Below are positions 57,838 through 64,000 of a stretch of DNA of 64,000 bases, in pieces. The position numbers were made by a program, and so were the translations under genes. The stretch's first letter is position 1. Every line of letters starts with the position of its first letter. A model generated the notes under the pieces. That model was given only the letters and a program-made list of their open reading frames with translations, did no database searches and was not told the DNA's origin. The stretch is from the NCBI GenBank assembly GCA_965218395.1, contig OZ244620.1, positions 1,342,930 through 1,406,929 of the forward strand, given 5' to 3'. Source of the stretch: an uncultured Candidatus Binatia bacterium. Lineage in GTDB: Bacteria > Desulfobacterota > Binatia > Bin18.

Positions 57838-59566
57838 CAGGCAACACGATATGGGAGGGCCGACTCTCATCGTGGAACACGCGCTGCAAAGCCGGCTCCA
57901 GTTGCCGCGCCTCGGCGGCGGCTTGTCCGGTCTGCGGATTACGATCAAAGCGCGGGAAATTCGAGCTGGCGATCTCAACCCGCAGGCGATGGCCGGCTTT
58001 GAAGACATTGCTGGTGGCCCATAAGTCTATGGAGTAGGCATAGACCTCTCCCGGGGTGAGCAGTTTCGCCGTTGCGCGCGATTCCCGGTAGCGCCCGCGC
58101 AGGATGCCGTCGGTGAGATTGCGCGCATAGCCGTCCGGCTGAACGTCCACCAACTTGGCGGTAAAATCCGTATCCACGGCGCTGGTCGCCGCGTACAAAC
58201 TGAGCGTGATGGGACCCGTCACCTCCAGGTCTCGCTCCAGGACCGGCGTGGTGTAGACCAACACATCATGCCGCTCCTCGATGGCGCGCTGATCAAACGC
58301 GCCGCCCGGCATAGCCGCCGGCCAGCCGGTGACCCCACCCCCTCTGGTTGGCACGGGCTGGCGTGGGTCTGAGACATACACATCCGCCGGTTCGGTACGC
58401 GGCGGCTCGGGACTCAACCCACCATCGCCGCGCAGGCTGTTGGCGTGCCCGTTACTGTGGAGGTAGTATTTTGTGTAGCGGGTGCGGGCGAGCGGCCATG
58501 CATCCTCCGTCCGCCACACATTCTCGCCCATGACAAAGAGGCGCACCCGCGGCTCTTCCAAGAGCCCGTTCTGTTTTCCTTTGAGCCAGTAGTCAAACCA
58601 TTTGAGGTGGAGGCCGTCCAGGTCCGTGACGACGGCATGACTGGCAAAGCCGTAATCCACCTCTCCGACTACGTTGCCGAGGGGTAAGGTGTGATACCAG
58701 GGACCAATAACGAGTTTTTGTCCCTGCCGGGCTGCTGGGGTCGCCCCATGCTCACCCATGCCGACATAATTTCGCAGCGTGCCACCCAGAAAAATATCGT
58801 ACCAGCCGCCCACATTGCAGACCGGCACCCGGATCGCGCGATGCCGGGCTTCGATATTCCAGCGCGCCCAGTACTCGTCGTCGTCAGGGTGGGCAAGCCA
58901 GTCGTAAAAATACGGGGCAGCCTCATGCAGGAACGGAAAATCGTTCAGGGGCAGATGCTGAAACCATACGCGCAGGTCATCAATCGCGCCGATCAACTGC
59001 CTGAGTTGGTCCGCCGGCGCGCCAGCTTTCCGTATGCGGCGCATAGACGTATCCGGCGCAAGGCGCGCCAGCGTCCAACTGGCGTTAAACCCGAGGGCAA
59101 AGGCGCCGCCCTGATACGTCCAGCCTTCGTGATAGTCGGAGGCCGTAATCAGGGGAAAGATCGCTTTGAGATGGGGCGGCGCACTGATCGCGGCCAGCCA
59201 CTGGGTCGCGCCCACATAGGATGCCCCATACATGCCAACCTTCCCATCGGACCAGGCTTGGGCCGCACACCACTCGACTGAGTCATAGCCGTCTGAAATG
59301 TCATCGCGAAAGGCATAAAACTCCCCGTCGGAGGCGTACCGCCCGCGGGTGTCCTGGATGACCACGGCATACCCCTCGCCGGCCGTCCGCACGACATCAA
59401 GCATCAGCACCACTCCGGCCAGCAGATTTTTATTATACGGCGTGCGTTGGAGGATAACCGGATATTTCCCCGGTGTCGCCGGACGGTACACGTCGGCTCG
59501 TAATACGGTCCCATCCCGCATCGGGACCGGCACATCCTTATCAATAACGATACTCGACTCAGCCAT
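57824..59566 (-). CDS. CocE/NonD family hydrolase
   Basis: MRDG..L.ADVYRP, RTPY, GASY, GWYD, GPW.H, SSNFPRF. Confidence 0.93.
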   Translation of the reverse strand: MAESSIVIDKDVPVPMRDGTVLRADVYRPATPGKYPVILQRTPYNKNLLAGVVLMLDVVRTAGEGYAVVIQDTRGRYASDGEFYAFRDDISDGYDSVEWCAAQAWSDGKVGMYGASYVGATQWLAAISAPPHLKAIFPLITASDYHEGWTYQGGAFALGFNASWTLARLAPDTSMRRIRKAGAPADQLRQLIGAIDDLRVWFQHLPLNDFPFLHEAAPYFYDWLAHPDDDEYWARWNIEARHRAIRVPVCNVGGWYDIFLGGTLRNYVGMGEHGATPAARQGQKLVIGPWYHTLPLGNVVGEVDYGFASHAVVTDLDGLHLKWFDYWLKGKQNGLLEEPRVRLFVMGENVWRTEDAWPLARTRYTKYYLHSNGHANSLRGDGGLSPEPPRTEPADVYVSDPRQPVPTRGGGVTGWPAAMPGGAFDQRAIEERHDVLVYTTPVLERDLEVTGPITLSLYAATSAVDTDFTAKLVDVQPDGYARNLTDGILRGRYRESRATAKLLTPGEVYAYSIDLWATSNVFKAGHRLRVEIASSNFPRFDRNPQTGQAAAEARQLEPALQRVFHDESRPSHIVLPVIPR

Positions 59567-59591
59567 AACGATTCTTCCCTTCTGCAGTCAT

Positions 59592-60100
59592 ATGAACTGT
59601 GCTCGTCGTGTCTTTAAGCAAGCCCGAGAGGCCGGCGCCTACGATGAGTACCCGGTGTTGCCTGAGAGTATTGACCCGCAACTCCATTCGAGTCGCCCTG
59701 TCCGGCCGCAGCCATTCTATCTGATCTGCGAGCATGATACCGTCCTGTCCCAGATGGCTGGCCAATCGAGCGTCGAAGGCAAAGCGCCCTCAGTCGTATC
59801 TCACCTCCTGGAACCGGGTGACTTTGTGTATGTTCCAGCCGGCACCCCCCACCGTATCATTCCCCACACGGACTCAGTTCAACTGCACTATAAAGCAAAG
59901 CAGGCGGGACTGGAGGGCATGAAGAGGGGGATACAGCCGAGGAACTGCCTCAGGAGGGATAGTGGCGCGTCTCCCAATTGTTTAACGCGCACGACACAAA
60001 GCGTATGTGTAGCCGGTGTGGGGCTGAACACCCGCCGGTTGACTTGACGGGCATTCGCTGGCCAGAGATTGCGTCTGCAATCCGGAGTGAACAGGACTGA
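59592..60100 (+). pseudogene. Disrupted 3-hydroxyanthranilate-dioxygenase-like cupin
   Basis: YDEYPVLP..DPQLH..YVPAGTPHRI..AGLEG, then a frameshift to DTAEELPQEG*(TAG 59960)WR..FN..RMCSRCGAEHP..RWPEIA. Confidence 0.65.
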
Positions 60101-60110
60101 GAGGCACTAT

Positions 60111-61214
60111 ATGGACACGCAGAATGGGAAATTTGTCGATTGTTCGGGCGTATCAGCACCAAAGCTGAACCTCTGGCCGTCCGTCCTCATTACCAAGGAA
60201 GACATTGAGGCTGAGGTCGTCCGCCTCGCGGATGGCTCCACACCGGCGAATGGCCGGCGCACCTCCCTGATCGTCCATCCAAACGCCCGTGAACCAGGCC
60301 TCGGGCTTGCGCCTGGCATCCGCGTGACGCTGAGCGTGCTGCGACCGGGCGAGCAGACACGGCCGGTTCGCCATAACTCCACCCAAGTGGATTTTTGCAT
60401 CCGCGGTACGGGCTCCGCCCTGGTGCATGGCCGGCGTATCGACTTCGGGCAGTACGATGTGTGGAATACCCCATCGATGGCACCGTATTGGTACGTGAAT
60501 GACGGTGAAGAGCTGCAAGTGCGACTCACGTATAGTAACGCCGCTCTGCTCGAAAAGATGAATGTGCATGTTGTGGATGACGACCCACCGCTGACAGAGG
60601 GGCCTGAGAAAGCGCCGGAAGGAGAGGCCCGCGCGCAGGCTGAAAGCCCTTTTGGCACCTTCCAATTAAGCGAGGACGGCGCGTTCTTAATGCCCTACGA
60701 GCGCCTTATTAATCCGACAGCAGTAGCCTCCAACCCGCTGCACTGGCCCTGGCAGCGCGTCAAGACGGAACTCGATAAGCTGGCTGCGCTGGGCAAGGAC
60801 TATGTCGGACGACGATTGTATCTGCTGTATAATCCAGCCACCGGCAGAACAAACGGCACAACGCAGAATTTCTTTGCGACCATGACGATACGTCCGCCCC
60901 GAATAGTTGACCGTCCACACCGTCATACCTCGGCGGCGATCAACTATTATTTTGCCGGTAGTGGACGCAGCACAGTCGAGGGGAAAATCTACGAGTGGAA
61001 GGCTGGCGACCTGATGCTGTCAGCACCCGGCTGGGGCGTCCACAACCATGCATCGTATGATGAACCGGTCTACGAGCTGACGATTCAAGACCAGCCACTC
61101 AATATCGCTATGGAGTCTCTGTTGTGGCAGGAGAGTGTACAACAGCCTCTGAAAGTGCTTGGTGCGCAAGCCGGTTTCGCTACCAACCGGAAGGTTGGGG
61201 GGAATGAGGGATGA
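60111..61214 (+). CDS. Bicupin, gentisate 1,2-dioxygenase-like
   Basis: LRPGE..RHN, NPATG, PHRHTS, W.AGD, HNH. Confidence 0.8.
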   Translation: MDTQNGKFVDCSGVSAPKLNLWPSVLITKEDIEAEVVRLADGSTPANGRRTSLIVHPNAREPGLGLAPGIRVTLSVLRPGEQTRPVRHNSTQVDFCIRGTGSALVHGRRIDFGQYDVWNTPSMAPYWYVNDGEELQVRLTYSNAALLEKMNVHVVDDDPPLTEGPEKAPEGEARAQAESPFGTFQLSEDGAFLMPYERLINPTAVASNPLHWPWQRVKTELDKLAALGKDYVGRRLYLLYNPATGRTNGTTQNFFATMTIRPPRIVDRPHRHTSAAINYYFAGSGRSTVEGKIYEWKAGDLMLSAPGWGVHNHASYDEPVYELTIQDQPLNIAMESLLWQESVQQPLKVLGAQAGFATNRKVGGNEG

Positions 61215-61327
61215 GCGAGGCAACCGAAAGTCTGGCACAGCCTGTTGCGATATATCGACTTCATCTCAACTGAACAGCACAGACTTGGTTATTGACACAG
61301 CGCTACGGCCCCATAAAGGAGACCTTG

Positions 61328-61489
61328 ATGAAAATCGGATTCAATATGCCGCAGCTCAAAGAGTGTAAGGAAGCTGGTATCGATGAAGTCGTAATCGATA
61401 CCAGCTTCCTTCAGGAAATGACGAGTGAAGACGACTGGATCGCTCAACCCGACTTTTTTAAGCCACTGTTAGATGCAGCGCATCGATAA
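61328..61489 (+). pseudogene. Internally deleted LLM/F420 oxidoreductase
   Basis: LLM-type start MKIGFNMPQL fused directly to LLM-type end KECKEAGIDEVVID...; AAGGAG RBS retained. Confidence 0.55.
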
Positions 61490-61504
61490 TTGAGGAGTAC
61501 AGTC

Positions 61505-62635
61505 ATGCCTGCACGCCTTGCAGACGGATACGTCTCGGCCGACGGCCATGTCGTTGAGCCGGCCGATTTATGGACGACCCGAATGGACCGGCGTTTCCGC
61601 GACCGGGCGCCCCACATCGAGACCCGCAAGGCGGTCGATTTCTATGTGATCGACGGGCTCGACCCGGTGGCCGTCGGCCTGGATGGCGCGACCCTGGAAA
61701 GCAAGATTGCCGGTAAGGTTGAGTCGCCGGTGGCCCGTCACGCGGATACCCGCCCGGGCGCCTGGGACCCGCAGGAACGGCTCAAGGACCAGGCGCTCGA
61801 CAACCTGCGGGCCGAGGTGATCTACCCCGGCCAGTGGAGCCTCATGTTCTACCGTATTGCAGATGCCGAGTATCAACGCGCGGCCGTGCGGGTGTATAAC
61901 GACTGGCTGAGCGAGTTCTGCGCCTACGCGCCGCATCGCCTGCTCGGCGCCGCTATCTTACCCATGCAGGGCCCCCTCGAATGGGCTGCCGAAGAAGCCG
62001 AACGCGCCGCCAAGATAGGTCTCAAGGCGGTCATGATCCCGGCCGCCGTGCCGGCCCGACCGTATATTCATCCCGACTATGAACCCTTGTGGGCACGCTT
62101 GGAAGCAATCGGGCTACCAGCGGTCGCCCACTCGGGGACCGCTGCTGATATCGGCGCCTCCACCCACGAGAAAGCTCGTCGGATCGGTCCGGGTATGGCG
62201 TTTATGGACGAAAAGGCATTCCAACCCATGAACGCGCTGACCGAGCTGATCTGGAGCGGCGCGCCCCAGCGTTATCCCAGGCTGAAGTTTATCATCTCCG
62301 AGGGCGGGATCGGCTGGATTGCCTGTCTGCTGCGCTTGATGGATCACTGGTGGGAAGACCATCGCCACTGGATGCAACCCCAACTCGACGAGCCGCCCAG
62401 CACCTATTTCAAGCGCCAGTTCTGGGCCACGTTTGAAGATGACCGGGCCGGGATTCTGACCCGCGAACTCATTGGCGTTGAACGCCTCATGTGGGGGGCC
62501 GACTATCCCCACACCGAGGGCACCTTTCCCAAGTCCCGGCAGCAGATTGCCAAGGATTTTGTCGGCGTCCCGGACGACGAAGTGTATCGGATGGTCGTCG
62601 GCAACGCGGCGCAGCTCTTCGGGATACCGCTCTGA
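61505..62635 (+). CDS. Amidohydrolase_2 family protein
   Basis: VSADGHVVEP, VYNDWL, WGADYPHTEG. Confidence 0.9.
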   Translation: MPARLADGYVSADGHVVEPADLWTTRMDRRFRDRAPHIETRKAVDFYVIDGLDPVAVGLDGATLESKIAGKVESPVARHADTRPGAWDPQERLKDQALDNLRAEVIYPGQWSLMFYRIADAEYQRAAVRVYNDWLSEFCAYAPHRLLGAAILPMQGPLEWAAEEAERAAKIGLKAVMIPAAVPARPYIHPDYEPLWARLEAIGLPAVAHSGTAADIGASTHEKARRIGPGMAFMDEKAFQPMNALTELIWSGAPQRYPRLKFIISEGGIGWIACLLRLMDHWWEDHRHWMQPQLDEPPSTYFKRQFWATFEDDRAGILTRELIGVERLMWGADYPHTEGTFPKSRQQIAKDFVGVPDDEVYRMVVGNAAQLFGIPL

Positions 62636-62652
62636 CCGGAAGGAGAACACCT

Positions 62653-63720
62653 ATGATCGAACCGTATAATGCCGTTGGCTTGATTCCGACGTTTTGGGGT
62701 ATCCGCACGCGGGCGGACATGCAGAAGAATATCGAGCATATCCGCAGTCTGACCAAAGCCGCCTTCTGGCTCTCCAATCTTGATATTCCGGTCCGCCTGC
62801 TCGCCATCCCGGAGGGCGCGCTGCAAGGCTTTAACGACGAAGTCCTGGACGTCGATCACACCGAGTTTGCGCAGACCTGCGCGATTGATATCCCCGGCCC
62901 GGAGACCGACCAACTCGGCCAACTGGCGCGCGAGTACGGGGTCTTCATCATGGCCCAGGCCAAGGCGCGGCATGAAGACTGGCCCAAGCTGTTCTTCAAC
63001 GTCGGCTTTATTCTCGACCCGGATGGTCAGTTGATTCTCAAACACTATAAGATTTCCGCCCTGTTGCCGTGTGAGCGCTCGGTGTCGCCCCACGATCTCT
63101 TTGACTGGTGGATTGAAAAATACGGACGCAGCCTGGAGGCATTCTGGCCGGTGGCCGACACCGAGATTGGCCGTCTGGGCGTCATGATGGCCATGGAGGG
63201 CAATTATCCGGAGAACGGCCGCGGGCTGGCGATGAATGGCGCGGAGGTCGTCTACCGCGCCTCCCTGCCCGGCCCGTTCACCCAGAACGATATCTTTGAG
63301 ATTTCCAACCGCGCCCGGGCGCTGGAGAACAATATGTATATCGTTGCTCCCAACATCGGCGGCTATCACCTCTACCCGGACAGCGAGACGCCGATTGACG
63401 CCGGTAGCGGTCAGTCCATGGTCGTTGACTACAAGGGGGCAATCGTCGGCAAGCAGCGCGACACCAACGGGTCAACCTATGTCCGGGGCGTGATCGACAT
63501 CGAAGCCTTACGCCACCACCGGGCCAACGCCCAGGTCACGAACTGGATGAAGGACGTGCGGGCAGAAATGGCGCAGCTCATCTACGAAAGGCCGATCTAC
63601 CCCAAGAATCGCTATATCGACAAAATCCCCGGCAACCACGCCCAGTACAAAGCAGAGGTCATCGACCAACAGATTGCCCTGATGCAAGCCCGCGATATCT
63701 GGAAGAAACCGGCGAAGTGA
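62653..63720 (+). CDS. Nitrilase/carbon-nitrogen hydrolase fold protein lacking the catalytic Cys
   Basis: IPEG (Glu), HYK (Lys), GVMMAMEGNYPE..R.LAMNGAE, RA.EN. Confidence 0.85.
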   Translation: MIEPYNAVGLIPTFWGIRTRADMQKNIEHIRSLTKAAFWLSNLDIPVRLLAIPEGALQGFNDEVLDVDHTEFAQTCAIDIPGPETDQLGQLAREYGVFIMAQAKARHEDWPKLFFNVGFILDPDGQLILKHYKISALLPCERSVSPHDLFDWWIEKYGRSLEAFWPVADTEIGRLGVMMAMEGNYPENGRGLAMNGAEVVYRASLPGPFTQNDIFEISNRARALENNMYIVAPNIGGYHLYPDSETPIDAGSGQSMVVDYKGAIVGKQRDTNGSTYVRGVIDIEALRHHRANAQVTNWMKDVRAEMAQLIYERPIYPKNRYIDKIPGNHAQYKAEVIDQQIALMQARDIWKKPAK

Positions 63721-63784
63721 GGGGAAGTAGGTGCAGGAGGATGGATCGAGAGAACAGTTTCTGGCAGTAGAAGAAGGGGCTGAC

Positions 63785-64000
63785 GTGCCAGATAGACGTA
63801 GACAACAGTTACTCCGAAGATTGCTCTCTGGTTCAAGGAATATCCGGTTTGCTGATGCAGTGGCGTGTGCAGAAGCGTTTGGGTTTCAACTTTCCCGCGT
63901 CAGTGGTAGTCACCATATCTACGTCCACCCAGCAGTTCCAGAACTCGTCAATCTGCAAAACGTCAAAGGTCAAGCAAAGCCGTATCAAGTTAGACAACTC
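63785..64000 (+). CDS. hicA: HicA family toxin (partial, runs off the window)
   Basis: Hand translation from GTG: ..SRNIRFADA..EAFGF.LSRVSGSHHIYVHP..ELVNLQ..GQAKPYQVRQL; absent from the ORF track. Confidence 0.88.
   Translation, partial: MPDRRRQQLLRRLLSGSRNIRFADAVACAEAFGFQLSRVSGSHHIYVHPAVPELVNLQNVKGQAKPYQVRQL

Overview
GC-rich bacterial chromosomal window with no rRNA, tRNA or CRISPR array that I can see. It is dominated by paralogous catabolic enzymes: LLM monooxygenases, amidohydrolases, amidases, Rieske oxygenases, CoA transferases, a BVMO, cupins and hydrolases. This gene-content style resembles Candidatus Binatia/Tectomicrobia-type genomes, but that is inference only. Main observations: (1) a hidden AhpD/CMD-family selenoprotein at 37010-37606, split in the ORF track by an in-frame TGA in a C-x-x-U motif and followed by a bacterial SECIS-like hairpin; (2) a family of short CTAG-bounded elements with imperfect terminal inverted repeats that carry different palindromic (REP-like) cargo, some touching stop codons; (3) a defence patch with a type II R-M-like pair bracketed by direct REP repeats, an AAA_21 ATPase plus TOPRIM-like pair, DUF433 and a distant HicA; (4) two repeated enzyme plus small-protein modules (Rieske plus ~115 aa; amidase plus ~60-67 aa AtzG/GatC-like); (5) a nitrilase-fold protein with Ala at the catalytic Cys position; (6) about six gene remnants. 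All family calls come from motif recognition by eye, with no database searches. Start codons were adjusted using RBS context.
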